Source of the DNA: Candidatus Eiseniibacteriota bacterium
GTDB lineage: Bacteria; Acidobacteriota; Terriglobia; Acidiferrales; UBA7541
Assembly: GCA_035607215.1 (NCBI GenBank)
Contig: DATNCJ010000024.1
Span: forward strand, 234 to 64,233
DNA: 64,000 bases
Direction: 5' to 3'
Shown here piece after piece: positions 35,381 through 44,615 of the stretch. A program made the position numbers and the translations under genes. A model generated the notes under the pieces. That model was not told the DNA's origin, made no database searches, and saw only the letters and a program-made list of their open reading frames with translations. Each line of letters starts with the position of its first letter. Position 1 is the first letter of the stretch.

Positions 35381-35595
35381 ATGCTGCGGGCAATTATTCT
35401 GTGCGCCGCCGTGCTGGCGGCGGCGTTTCTCATTTCCGGAAATATTTCCAAGGATCGAGCCGCGCCTAGGAGTCCGGCGCCCCCGAGCGATGCGCAAACG
35501 CGGGAAATATCTGGTGGAAGAGGAGGCCAGGTGCCCGGAGTGCCATACCCCGCGCGACGATAGCGGTGCGTTGAAAAGCATCGCCAGGCCCACAC
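35381..35595 (+). pseudogene. Remnant of a small c-type cytochrome gene
   Basis: The signal peptide (MLRAIILCAAVLAAAFLISG) is in one frame and GKYLVEEEARCPECHTPRD (CxxCH at 35532-35546) in another. The 3' part runs into the convergent yjbR-like gene. Confidence 0.4.
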
Positions 35596-36042
35596 CTATT
35601 TTTTCCTGTTTTTCGCTTGGATCTTCCTGTGCTTCCTTCCGGAGCGCTGTGTACCGCCAGCCGACTTTCGCGAGACCGCATGCGTCGCGGCGCTGGTGCG
35701 CGAAAGTTCGTCGCGAATCTTCCTGGGCAGTTTGGCCACGACCAAATCGTAAGATTCGCGGAGCAGATCTGCGAGCTGCTCCAATGGCAGCGCGTCCCTC
35801 TTCTCGAGGGCTATCCATTTCGCGCGGGCCAGATAGGGTGCCGGGATGATGCCCGGGCGCTCGGTCAACTCAGCGAAATTCTCATGCGAGGCTTTAAAGG
35901 ATAGCCACACTGGAGCGACTTCGAGAACGGTATGGGCGAACATTTTTCCGCCGACCTTAAAGGTCAGATCGCCTTCCCAGATCACGTGCTCGCTAGCGTC
36001 TGGAAACGAGAGGCAGGTCTTGCGAACCCAGTCGGCATTCAT
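35596..36042 (-). CDS. MmcQ/YjbR family DNA-binding protein
   Basis: CLSFPDASEHVIWEGDLTFKVGGKMFA is a typical YjbR N-terminus. Lys-rich tail. Confidence 0.8.
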   Translation of the reverse strand: MNADWVRKTCLSFPDASEHVIWEGDLTFKVGGKMFAHTVLEVAPVWLSFKASHENFAELTERPGIIPAPYLARAKWIALEKRDALPLEQLADLLRESYDLVVAKLPRKIRDELSRTSAATHAVSRKSAGGTQRSGRKHRKIQAKNRKK

Positions 36043-36075
36043 GGCAGGCGCATCCTCGCGAAATTTCTGGTGTCG

Positions 36076-37038
36076 CTAGGGGATTAGAACGATTTGGCCG
36101 GAGGCGCCTGGAGCCAGCACTTCCTTGTGGGCGCGAGCAGCCTCGGCGAGCGGGATTTTCTTTCCGACGATGGGAGTCAGCGTGCCATTTGCCAGACCGG
36201 CGAAGAGGCCGGCGTGGATGTCGGCGGTTTCCGCCTCGGTGGTGGCCCAAAGCGTGAATCCAAGGACGGAGGACCGCCGGGCCATAAGGTCGCGGGCGTT
36301 AATGGTGACATCGCCGCGATTGCCGATGACGATGACGCGGCCGTATTGCGCCAGTAATTTGAGGTCCTGAGCGAGGTTCACGTTGGCGAGCATTTCGAGA
36401 ATGACGTCGACACCGCGGCCGCCGGTGGCTTTCATGATCTCGTCGGTGTAGCCGGGCTTGGCGTGATTGAAGACTTGCGCCGCGCCCTCGCGTTTCACCA
36501 GATTCTGCCCTGCGTCGGAACTGGCGGTGCCGAACACTTTAGCGCCCATCCCGCGCAGAATTTGCACCGCGGCAGAGCCGACGCCGCCGCTCGCGCCATG
36601 CACCAGCACGGTTTCCGACGCGCGCACTTTGGCTTCGTGAATGATGGCGTGATACGCGGTGCCGTAAGGCACCCAGACGCCAGCGCCCTGCTCGCAAGAG
36701 ATGTTGTCGGGAAGTTTTTGTGCCTGGGCTTCGAGAGTGAGCGTGTATTCGGCATAGGCGCCCGTGATGGTTTTCGCGGTGTAGACGCGATCGCCGGGTT
36801 TTAGGTTTTTCACGCCGGTACCGACGGATTCGACAACGCCCGCGGCATCGGAGCCCGGAGTGTAGGGCAGCGGCGGCTTGATCGCGTAAGTGCCGGTGCG
36901 CATGTAGGTGTCGTAGGGATTGACGCCAACGGCGTGGACCTTTACGAGCACCTGGCCGGCCTCGGGCTTGGGCGTGGGAACTTCATTGAGCTTCAAAACT
37001 TCGGGACCGCCGAATTCAGCTACCTGGATCGCTTTCAT
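36076..37038 (-). CDS. NADPH:quinone reductase (zeta-crystallin-like)
   Basis: MKAIQVAEFGGPEVLKL..., HGASGGVGSAAVQI. Confidence 0.88.
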   Translation of the reverse strand: MKAIQVAEFGGPEVLKLNEVPTPKPEAGQVLVKVHAVGVNPYDTYMRTGTYAIKPPLPYTPGSDAAGVVESVGTGVKNLKPGDRVYTAKTITGAYAEYTLTLEAQAQKLPDNISCEQGAGVWVPYGTAYHAIIHEAKVRASETVLVHGASGGVGSAAVQILRGMGAKVFGTASSDAGQNLVKREGAAQVFNHAKPGYTDEIMKATGGRGVDVILEMLANVNLAQDLKLLAQYGRVIVIGNRGDVTINARDLMARRSSVLGFTLWATTEAETADIHAGLFAGLANGTLTPIVGKKIPLAEAARAHKEVLAPGASGQIVLIP

Positions 37039-37051
37039 CTCGCTTCTCCCT

Positions 37052-38209
37052 TTAGAAATGGTCGTCGACGGTCACATGGTCCGGCTTTTCTACAACTATG
37101 CCTGCGGCCGTGGCCCAGGCGGTGGTCTGCCAGTTGTCTTTTCTTTTTTTCAGCGGGATCCATGGCGGCAGAGTGTGATTGAGATAGGTGGCCAGGGCAT
37201 AGACATACGGTTCGTACATGCGGCGAAATGCGGTGAGTTTGTCGGTGGCTTCATCGGTGTCGTGCAATCGCAAACCATGTTCGGCGAGAGTGGCGCGGAT
37301 GCGGCGGAGATCCTCGATGGGCAAGCGCTCGTACGGCACAGGATGAGGCGGCGTCCCGAAAACTTGCGACAAATCGACGACGGCGTGGCGCGCGATGGCG
37401 AAGGTGAGATCAGCCTGCCGTTCGCAAGGACCGACCATCCCCGCTTTGAGCAGGGCGCAGGCATCCAGAATTGCGGTGAGGGAGGCGATCCATGACTGGT
37501 TGTCGTGCTGAGAACGAAAGAAGCCAAGGACTGGATAAGAGAGATGGCTCTCCATGAGCTCGGCGGACCACAGCTCCCAATCCTTCAGCAAGTCGTGCAA
37601 CGCGTCGCGGCCACCGTCGTAGCCGTGGCGGCGCAGGAGCTCGCCGGCGGTGGGCGGAGTGCCCGCGCGGGAGTCCAGGAGCGAGATGTCGACTTCGCGT
37701 TTGGAGAAAGACCCGTAGATGAACGGGAGATAGCCGATGATGGCGGCGAGGAATCCGAAACCGAAACCCGCTTCGGTAACCACGAGAGCGCGGGCCAGGC
37801 TGGAACGGGGCACAACGTCGCCGAGTCCCAAAGTGAAGAAAGTTGTGCCACTGAGATAGAAGTCGGCTCCGAAGCTAGGCTCGAGGCCGGGGGCGTTTAC
37901 CGCGGAGCCGGCGCCGTATTGCATCAAACCGAAGCCGAAGACAAGACCAACAGCCCAGACCGCCAGCAGAAGCAGCAGGGAGCTAGGTCCGAAGAAGCCG
38001 AAGAAATTTTCGCGCATCTTACGCGAACGGATGAGATTGCCGATTGCTTTGGTGATGGTCCAGGTGATTTTGTAGAATAGCCGCGTCAGGCGAAATTTGC
38101 GCGTGACGCGGCGCGGCAGGATGACGGATTCGAACGCATCCCAAAGGACGATCATAAAGATCGCGACACCCGCAGCGAAGGGCACCGGAAACGGAATCAT
38201 GTGCGGCAT
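37052..38209 (-). CDS. Ion-channel (potassium channel family) protein with large C-terminal domain
   Basis: Pore-loop-like TTFFTLGLGDVVP between TM helices, followed by ~220 aa of unknown domain. Confidence 0.6.
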   Translation of the reverse strand: MPHMIPFPVPFAAGVAIFMIVLWDAFESVILPRRVTRKFRLTRLFYKITWTITKAIGNLIRSRKMRENFFGFFGPSSLLLLLAVWAVGLVFGFGLMQYGAGSAVNAPGLEPSFGADFYLSGTTFFTLGLGDVVPRSSLARALVVTEAGFGFGFLAAIIGYLPFIYGSFSKREVDISLLDSRAGTPPTAGELLRRHGYDGGRDALHDLLKDWELWSAELMESHLSYPVLGFFRSQHDNQSWIASLTAILDACALLKAGMVGPCERQADLTFAIARHAVVDLSQVFGTPPHPVPYERLPIEDLRRIRATLAEHGLRLHDTDEATDKLTAFRRMYEPYVYALATYLNHTLPPWIPLKKRKDNWQTTAWATAAGIVVEKPDHVTVDDHF

Positions 38210-38257
38210 TGTACTCGTTGAGCTGGGACGGTGAAAACGCGTGCAGCGGCGGCTTGC

Positions 38258-38683
38258 TCAGGATTCCAGGCGCGCGTTGACGGAAATTTCGGCTTTGAAC
38301 AACTTGGAGACGGGGCAGCCGGTTTCCGCGGCTTTTACGGCGGCGTCGAATTTGGCTTTGTCGGCGCCGGGAATCTTGGCCACCAGATCGAGATGACTTT
38401 TGGTGATGCTGAAGCCGTCGCCAACCTTGTCGAGCGTGACCGTAGCTGTGGTTTCAAGCTTTTCGGCTGTGTAGCCGGCGCCGCCGAGTTGCGCGGAAAG
38501 CGCCATGGTGAAGCAGCCCGCGTGAGCGGCGGCGATCAATTCCTCCGGGTTCGTGCCGACGCCATTTTCGAAACGCGTGCTGAAGGAATATTGGGTCTGC
38601 TTCAGCGTGCCGCTCTCGGTTGAGATCGAGCCCTTGCCGGTTTTTAGATCGCCTTGCCACACCGCGCTTGCTTTGCGTTGCAT
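38258..38683 (-). CDS. osmC: OsmC family peroxiredoxin
   Basis: [10 protein letters not shown]...[14 protein letters not shown]...TGCPVS, with both conserved Cys residues. Confidence 0.9.
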   Translation of the reverse strand: MQRKASAVWQGDLKTGKGSISTESGTLKQTQYSFSTRFENGVGTNPEELIAAAHAGCFTMALSAQLGGAGYTAEKLETTATVTLDKVGDGFSITKSHLDLVAKIPGADKAKFDAAVKAAETGCPVSKLFKAEISVNARLES

Positions 38684-38816
38684 TGGAATCGCTCCTTTTG
38701 CAGGTTTCCACCGTTTTGAACGCCGAGAATTCGATTCTCGCGCGCACTCGAAGGGTATATTCAGAATGAGGCTTGGCGAGGCTGTACGTCAACCACGGCT
38801 CTACCTCACGACTTGG

Positions 38817-39563
38817 ATGCAAGAACTACTGAGTAAGACCGAGCATCGTCCTTGGGCGCTGCCCGATGACCGGTGGGTGATGGCGCAGTCATGGCACGAC
38901 TTATTGTTTGCGCACTGGAGAATCGACAGTAGATTTTTGCGAGAGCAAATTCCAAGGGCGCTGGAGATCGATACGTTCGAAGGGGACGCTTGGATTGGGG
39001 TTGTGCCCTTTCGGATGTCAGGCGTGCGCTTGCGATTCACGCCGGCGATCCCGGGTTTGTCGGCATTCCCGGAACTGAATGTGCGAACGTATGTGAAGGC
39101 AGAGGGCAAGCCCGGCGTTTGGTTTTTTAGCCTGGACGCCGCGAATGCCATCGCGGTGGCCACGGCGCGCATGACCTTTCACTTGCCTTACTTTCGAGCA
39201 CGGATGTCGTGCATCGAGCGAGACGGCTGGATTCAGTACGACAGCAAGAGAACACATGGTGGAGCCCCGGCGGCAGCGCTGCGCGGGCGCTATCGGTCGG
39301 TTGATGATATTTTTGAACCTCGACGCGGAACGCTGGAACATTTCTTGACTGAACGGTATTGCCTGTATGCGGCGTCGGGAAAAGGCCGAGTGCTTCGCGG
39401 CGAAATTCATCATCCACCATGGCAGTTGCAGGAGGCGGAAGCGGAATTTGAAAAAGACACGATGATCGAGGCCGCCAGCCTGCCGACGCCCGAAGGCAAG
39501 CCGTTGCTGCATTTTGCGCGACGGCAAGAGATGGTCGCGTGGGTGCCGCGAGCGATCCGTTGA
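38817..39563 (+). CDS. DUF2071 (YqjF-like) family protein
   Basis: WHDLLFAHW...[10 protein letters not shown]...GVWFFSLDA pattern. The start could alternatively be the ATG at 38766. Confidence 0.7.
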   Translation: MQELLSKTEHRPWALPDDRWVMAQSWHDLLFAHWRIDSRFLREQIPRALEIDTFEGDAWIGVVPFRMSGVRLRFTPAIPGLSAFPELNVRTYVKAEGKPGVWFFSLDAANAIAVATARMTFHLPYFRARMSCIERDGWIQYDSKRTHGGAPAAALRGRYRSVDDIFEPRRGTLEHFLTERYCLYAASGKGRVLRGEIHHPPWQLQEAEAEFEKDTMIEAASLPTPEGKPLLHFARRQEMVAWVPRAIR

Positions 39564-39580
39564 GGAGTCGACCGGTAAGC

Positions 39581-39910
39581 TCACCATCTCTGGAAGACGA
39601 AGAACACGCCGAGGACGAGGCAGGCGAAGCCGGCAGCATAGTTCCATTTCAGTTTTTCGCCCAGATAGGTGACAGAAAAAATCGAGAAGACCACGAGAGT
39701 GATGACCTCCTGAATGGTCTTGAGCTGGGCGGCGGAAAATTCATACGAGCCGATCCGGTTGGCGGGCACCTGGAAACAATATTCGAAGAAAGCGATGCCC
39801 CAACTGGCGAGAATGACTTTCCAGAGCGCTTCGCTGCGATACTTGAGGTGGCCGTACCACGCGAAGGTCATGAAGATGTTGGAGATGGTGAGCAGCAGGA
39901 TCGTGCGCAT
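39581..39910 (-). CDS. DMT-superfamily small membrane protein (DUF486)
   Basis: MRTILLLTISNIFMTFAWYGHLKY signature. 109 aa, 4 TM. Confidence 0.8.
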   Translation of the reverse strand: MRTILLLTISNIFMTFAWYGHLKYRSEALWKVILASWGIAFFEYCFQVPANRIGSYEFSAAQLKTIQEVITLVVFSIFSVTYLGEKLKWNYAAGFACLVLGVFFVFQRW

Positions 39911-40022
39911 TTTGCGTGGAGCATCCTTTCTCGTCGCGGCTTGGATGCCGGGATTTGGAGCGAAGATCGCGCTTGAAACCTCGATGGCCTCGGTAGCGTA
40001 TCGCGTCTAGAGGGAAATCTGC

Positions 40023-40898
40023 ATGCACGACGCACGACCCAGCCGAACCGCGGAACGCGTGGCCATACGTCGAGCGGCGCATCAGTTGGTAGATAAGCCC
40101 CCGGTCTTCGACGATCCTGTGGCGGTGGCGATCCTTGGGGAGCGCGCGGCGTCGGAACTGCGCGCGAAAACTGCAAAGGACGAGGACAGATTCTCACGCG
40201 CATTGCGGGCCATGATGGCGGTACGCAGCCGCTACGCGGAAGATCAACTGACCACCGGGGTTTCTCGCGGCGTGCGGCAGTACGTGGTGCTGGGCGCGGG
40301 ACTGGACACCTTCGCATATCGCAATCGATTTCGCCACCAGGGATTGCACGTCTTTGAAGTGGACCATCCGGCGACGCAGGCCTGGAAACGCGAATTGCTG
40401 AGTGCGGCGCGAATCGAGCTCCCATCGGAACTTTCCTTCGTGCCCGTCAACTTCGAGCAGCAGAGCCTGGGCGAGGAATTAAGGAAATCCGGCTTCCAAC
40501 ACGAGGAGCCAGCGTTTTTTTCATGGCTCGGCGTGGTGATGTACCTGACGCGTGAGGCCTTCGCTTCCACGATCGAGTTTATCGGTTCGTTGCCGGCCGG
40601 CACTGGGATCGCGCTGGACTACGCGGTGGAACCGTCTTCGCTGGGGCTGCTGGAGCGACTCGTGTTTGAGGGCGTGAAGCGCCGCGTGGCCGCTGCCGGC
40701 GAACCCTTCCGGTTGTTCTTTGCGCCGCGGAAGATCGTCGCGGAGTTTACGCAGGCGGGTTACAAGGACGTCGAAGATCTCGCGCGCGACGCGATCAACG
40801 CGCGATACTTTGCCGGGCGCGCCGATGGGCTTCACGTGCCGGCGAACCTGTACCACTTGCTGAGTGCCTGGGTTGCGGGGTCGGAAGGAGAACTTTAG
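40023..40898 (+). CDS. Class I SAM-dependent methyltransferase (TIGR00027/LCMT-like)
   Basis: SRTAERVAIRRAAH...D.VA......YVVLGAGLDTFAYR motifs. Confidence 0.8.
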   Translation: MHDARPSRTAERVAIRRAAHQLVDKPPVFDDPVAVAILGERAASELRAKTAKDEDRFSRALRAMMAVRSRYAEDQLTTGVSRGVRQYVVLGAGLDTFAYRNRFRHQGLHVFEVDHPATQAWKRELLSAARIELPSELSFVPVNFEQQSLGEELRKSGFQHEEPAFFSWLGVVMYLTREAFASTIEFIGSLPAGTGIALDYAVEPSSLGLLERLVFEGVKRRVAAAGEPFRLFFAPRKIVAEFTQAGYKDVEDLARDAINARYFAGRADGLHVPANLYHLLSAWVAGSEGEL

Positions 40899-40910
40899 GG
40901 GGCGCAACAA

Positions 40911-41131
40911 TCACAGGAGTCGTTCAAATTCCTCTACGGAAATGCCGGCTTGGCGCAATATCGCACGAGGTGTTCCCTTATCAATTTCTTTGTGGTCCGG
41001 GACTAAACTTGCGCAAACGGCGAGTCGCGTCTGAGGATGATGTGGCTTCCATGCTGTCGTTTGAGAAGAAATCCTGCCTGAAGAAGCGCTGATACACAGT
41101 CGCGCCCAGAAAGGCGCGGCAACCTGGTCAT
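40911..41131 (-). pseudogene. hicA: HicA-type mRNA interferase toxin with a one-base deletion
   Basis: MTRLPRLSGRDCVSALLQAGFLLKRQHGSHIILRRDSPFAQV stops at TAG 41005-41003. The next frame continues LVPDHKEIDKGTPRAILRQAGISVEEFERLL. Length is 221 nt, and the ATGA overlaps hicB. Confidence 0.7.
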
Positions 41132-41334
41132 ACTGTTATGAGAACAGCCTCACACAGAGGCGGTGGAACGGGAAGACCGTCTTCCTCGATGGACAAAACG
41201 TACCCTTCTATGGCCTCGCGGATATTTCCGATTGCGGCATCCTTGGTTTCGCCCCGACTGATACATCCCGGCAGACTAGGGCATTCCGCTACGCAAAAGC
41301 CGTCTTCGCCGGGATAGATAATGACTTGCCGCAT
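41128..41334 (-). CDS. hicB: HicB-like antitoxin (UPF0150 fold)
   Basis: FCVAECPSLPGCISRGETKDAAIGNIREAIEGY motif. Start chosen at MRQVIIY. Confidence 0.75.
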   Translation of the reverse strand: MRQVIIYPGEDGFCVAECPSLPGCISRGETKDAAIGNIREAIEGYVLSIEEDGLPVPPPLCEAVLITV

Positions 41335-41368
41335 GGTGGCGCGTCGAAAGCGCATTGTAACATGCTTA

Positions 41369-42529
41369 CTACACGTTGAGAGTGAGAGAGACGAGGTCGC
41401 GAGGTGGCGGGGGCTGGATGGGCGGCATCTTCGAGCGATCGACGGGCCGGTAGAGGGTGTCGCGTTCGACGGGGACGCGGCCGGCGGCGCGGATCAGGCG
41501 CTCGAGTTCGGCGCGTGGCGTGAATTCCGAGGTCTTCGCGCCGGCGTCGTGGTAGATCTTTTCTTCCACCACTGTGCCGTCGAGATCATTGGCGCCGAAG
41601 CGCAGCGCGATTTGCGCGATGCTGGGCGTGAGCATGATCCAGTACGCTTTGATGTGATCGAAATTGTCGAGCAGCAGGCGCGAAACGGCGATGTTGCGCA
41701 GGTCGGCGTAGCCCGTTGGCTTCGAAATGTGCGAGAGCGCGGTGTTGTCCGGGTGAAAGGCCAGCGGAATGAAGGCGACGAAGCCCTTCGTTTCGTCCTG
41801 GAGTTCGCGCAGCTTGACGAGGTGATCGACACGCTCTTCTTCGGTTTCGACGTGGCCGTAGAGCATGGTGGCATTGGAATGCAGCCCTGCCTGATGGGCC
41901 TTTCGCGCGGTGTTGAGCCACATCTGGCCGCTGGTTTTGTGATCGCAGATAATTTTGCGGACGCGCGGGTGGAAAATTTCGGCGCCGCCACCGGGGCAAG
42001 AGTCCACGCCGGCTTCCTTCATTTTTTGCAGCACTTCTTCCACGGAAATTTTGGCGATACGCGAGAAGAAGTGGACTTCCACCATGGTGAAGGCTTTGAG
42101 GTGAATGGTGGGGCAGCGCTGTTTCAGTCCGCGAACCATCTCGAGGTAGTGGTCGAAGGTCAGATCGGGATGCAGGCCGCCGACGATATGGAATTCCGTG
42201 GCGCCTTCGCGGACCCCTTGTTCGGCGCGCTGGTAGATTTCTTCGAGGGCGAAGGTGTACGCGCCGGGAACATTGGGATCGCGGCCGAAGGCGCAGAGCT
42301 TGCAGTGCGCGACGCAGACGTTGGTGGGATTGATGTGGCGATTGACGTTGAAGTAGGTAACGTTGCCGTGGCGCTTTTCGCGAACGTGGTTGGCGAGCCA
42401 GCCGACGGCCAGCAGATCGGGCGAGCGGTACAGCAAAATGCCGTCGTCGACACTCAGGCGTTCGCCAGCCAGGACTTTGTCGGCCATGGGCTTCAGCCGC
42501 TGGTCGGTGATGGTGAGTGTGTGGCTCAT
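41369..42529 (-). CDS. mqnE: Futalosine-pathway radical SAM enzyme, most likely aminofutalosine synthase MqnE (MqnC not excluded)
   Basis: YFNVNRHINPTNVCVAHCKLCAF radical-SAM cluster motif and full-length family architecture. Sits next to UbiA-like and UbiX-like genes. Confidence 0.7.
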   Translation of the reverse strand: MSHTLTITDQRLKPMADKVLAGERLSVDDGILLYRSPDLLAVGWLANHVREKRHGNVTYFNVNRHINPTNVCVAHCKLCAFGRDPNVPGAYTFALEEIYQRAEQGVREGATEFHIVGGLHPDLTFDHYLEMVRGLKQRCPTIHLKAFTMVEVHFFSRIAKISVEEVLQKMKEAGVDSCPGGGAEIFHPRVRKIICDHKTSGQMWLNTARKAHQAGLHSNATMLYGHVETEEERVDHLVKLRELQDETKGFVAFIPLAFHPDNTALSHISKPTGYADLRNIAVSRLLLDNFDHIKAYWIMLTPSIAQIALRFGANDLDGTVVEEKIYHDAGAKTSEFTPRAELERLIRAAGRVPVERDTLYRPVDRSKMPPIQPPPPRDLVSLTLNV

Positions 42530-42557
42530 TTCTTCTTGCCCAAACGTTTCGACGGCG

Positions 42558-43430
42558 TCAAACGCGCCAAACGGCAGCAGCAGCGCCCCAGAACAACAAG
42601 AACGACATACTAATATAACCGTTCATGGTGAAAAACGCAGCGTCGAGCTTGCTCAGATCGTTGGCCTTCACGAGCGAATGTTCGTAAGTGAGCAGGGCGG
42701 CAACCACCACGATACCAAGCCACGCGGGCCAGGGCAGCGCGAAGCTCGCGGCGAGCCACGAGAGCAGCGCGACCACGGCGAAGTGCATCACGCGCGCAAT
42801 GAGCAGAGCGTTCGCGATGCCAAAGCGCTTGGGAACGGAGTACAGGCCAGCGCTTCGGTCATAGTCAAGGTCCTGGCAGGCGTAAAGCACGTCGAAGCCG
42901 CCGACCCAAAGAGTGACCGCGGCGCACAAGATCAGCATGCGGGCATCGAGTCCGCCAGTGATCGCGATCCATGCCGCGGCCGGTGAGATGCCGAGCGCAA
43001 AGCCTAAGAAAAGATGCGACCAGTTGGTGAAACGCTTGGTGAGCGAATAGAAAAAGAGAATGGCGATGGCGAGCGGCGCCAGCTTCAACGCCAGCGGATT
43101 TAGTCGCCCAGCCGCAACGAAGAAAATCGCAACGGCAACCAGCGTGAAAGCCCACGCGAAGGAGACGGAGAGCGCACCGGTCGCCAGCGCGCGCTGCCTG
43201 GTCCGGGGATTTTCTCGGTCATAGCGCAAATCGACGATGCGGTTCATTGTCATCGCCGCAGAGCGTGCCGAAACCATCGCCACGACGATCCAGGCAACTT
43301 GTTGCCAAGTAGGCCAGTCGTGATGGGTGGCGCGCGCGGCTAGGAGAGCACCCGTCAGCGCAAAGGGAAGCGCAAACACGGAATGCTCGAACTTGATCAT
43401 CTCGAGCACGGTGCGAATGCGGCTGCTCAT
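42558..43430 (-). CDS. UbiA-family aromatic prenyltransferase (MqnP-like)
   Basis: NRIVDLRYD and the second Asp-rich motif YACQDLDYD. 8-9 TM helices. Confidence 0.85.
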   Translation of the reverse strand: MSSRIRTVLEMIKFEHSVFALPFALTGALLAARATHHDWPTWQQVAWIVVAMVSARSAAMTMNRIVDLRYDRENPRTRQRALATGALSVSFAWAFTLVAVAIFFVAAGRLNPLALKLAPLAIAILFFYSLTKRFTNWSHLFLGFALGISPAAAWIAITGGLDARMLILCAAVTLWVGGFDVLYACQDLDYDRSAGLYSVPKRFGIANALLIARVMHFAVVALLSWLAASFALPWPAWLGIVVVAALLTYEHSLVKANDLSKLDAAFFTMNGYISMSFLLFWGAAAAVWRV

Positions 43431-44062
43431 GCTTTGGCTTCCCGAGACGCGGCTTTGCCCTGCCAGCGGTACATTTTGTCTTGTGGCAGGCCGATTTGCG
43501 CGAGCACGCGGCAGACATACTGGGTCACCAGATCATCTATCGTCTTTGGCTGGTGATAGAACGAGGGAATGGCGGGCATGATCACTGCGCCGGCCTGTTG
43601 CGCGCGCAGCATATTTTCCAGATGGATTCGATTGAAGGGCGTGTCGCGAATGCACAGGGCCAGTTTTCGATTTTCTTTCAGCATCACGTCGGCGGCGCGC
43701 GATACGAGATCGTCGCTGACGCCGTTGGCAATGGCCGCCAGCGTGCCCATCGAGCAGGGAATCACGATCATGGAGTTAACCTGATAGCTGCCGGAGGCGA
43801 CGGATGCGCCGACATCCTCGTTCGGGAGGACTTCAATTTTGTTCGCCGGATGCCCCAGAACGCGACTCGGGAGCTGCCTGGCTTCCCCTGGGGCAACGCC
43901 GAGTTCTTCGGCGAAAAGGCGCTGGCCAGTGTCCGTGAGGATGAGATGGACGCGCGCCACGCGCGGGTCAGCGTCGAGCAACGTCAGTGCTTTTTGCGCC
44001 AGAATGGCGCCACTGGCTCCGGTTACACCTACGGTAACGATTTGTCCCTGAGATTCAGCCAT
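43427..44062 (-). CDS. ubiX: UbiX-family flavin prenyltransferase (MqnL-like)
   Basis: VGVTGASGA...PCSMGTLAAIANG motifs. The stop overlaps the UbiA-like start in ATGA. Confidence 0.9.
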   Translation of the reverse strand: MAESQGQIVTVGVTGASGAILAQKALTLLDADPRVARVHLILTDTGQRLFAEELGVAPGEARQLPSRVLGHPANKIEVLPNEDVGASVASGSYQVNSMIVIPCSMGTLAAIANGVSDDLVSRAADVMLKENRKLALCIRDTPFNRIHLENMLRAQQAGAVIMPAIPSFYHQPKTIDDLVTQYVCRVLAQIGLPQDKMYRWQGKAASREAKA

Positions 44063-44168
44063 ACTGTGCGCGGATAAGATGAGTCTCGCAGCGCGGGGTT
44101 ACGGTGTCAACCAAGCTGGGCAAGCCGTCATCGCGCGCTATACTAGCCGTCCGGCCCGAAGGAGATCG

Positions 44169-44582
44169 ATGACGGAATCGCTGGAACCTATCGAGGTGGC
44201 GATGGATTTCATCAAGCGCATCAATGCCGGGAATGTCGACGCGCTGTGCGAGCTGATGACCGAGAAACACATCTTTCAGGATCCGCTGGGAAAGCGCTTC
44301 ATGGGCCGAGAGACGGTGCGGCAAGGTTGGAAAGCGTATTTCAAGACGGTAGCCGACTACAATGTGCGCGCCGAGGAATTTTTTCAGACGAAAAACCGGC
44401 TGGCGATTTTCGGAGTGGCCAGCGGCACATGCTGCGGGAGCGACGGGGCGAAGTCCCCGGAAAAGTTCTGGCAGGTTCCGGCAGCCTGGGGCGCGGTTGT
44501 GGAAGAGCGGCGGATTGCGGAATGGCGTGTTTATGCGGACAATCAGCCGTTGCGAAAACTGATGGGCGACGCTACTCCATAG
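44169..44582 (+). CDS. SnoaL-like/NTF2-fold protein
   Basis: AMDFIKRINAGNVDALCELMTEKHIFQDPLG is a typical SnoaL N-terminus. Confidence 0.7.
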   Translation: MTESLEPIEVAMDFIKRINAGNVDALCELMTEKHIFQDPLGKRFMGRETVRQGWKAYFKTVADYNVRAEEFFQTKNRLAIFGVASGTCCGSDGAKSPEKFWQVPAAWGAVVEERRIAEWRVYADNQPLRKLMGDATP

Positions 44583-44599
44583 ACGCTACTCCATAGACG
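44568..44599 (+). repeat. 14-nt tandem duplication GACGCTACTCCATA x2.3
   Basis: Copies at 44568-44581 and 44582-44595, plus a partial GACG. It straddles the stop codon (44580-44582) of the SnoaL-like gene. Confidence 0.85.
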
Positions 44600-44615
44600 T
44601 GTCCCGGGTAAATTC

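Noticed and set aside
41321-42613. 430-aa ORF on the plus strand
   Set aside because: It is antisense to the radical-SAM menaquinone gene. The low-complexity Gly/Ala/Val/Arg-rich translation marks it as a shadow ORF.
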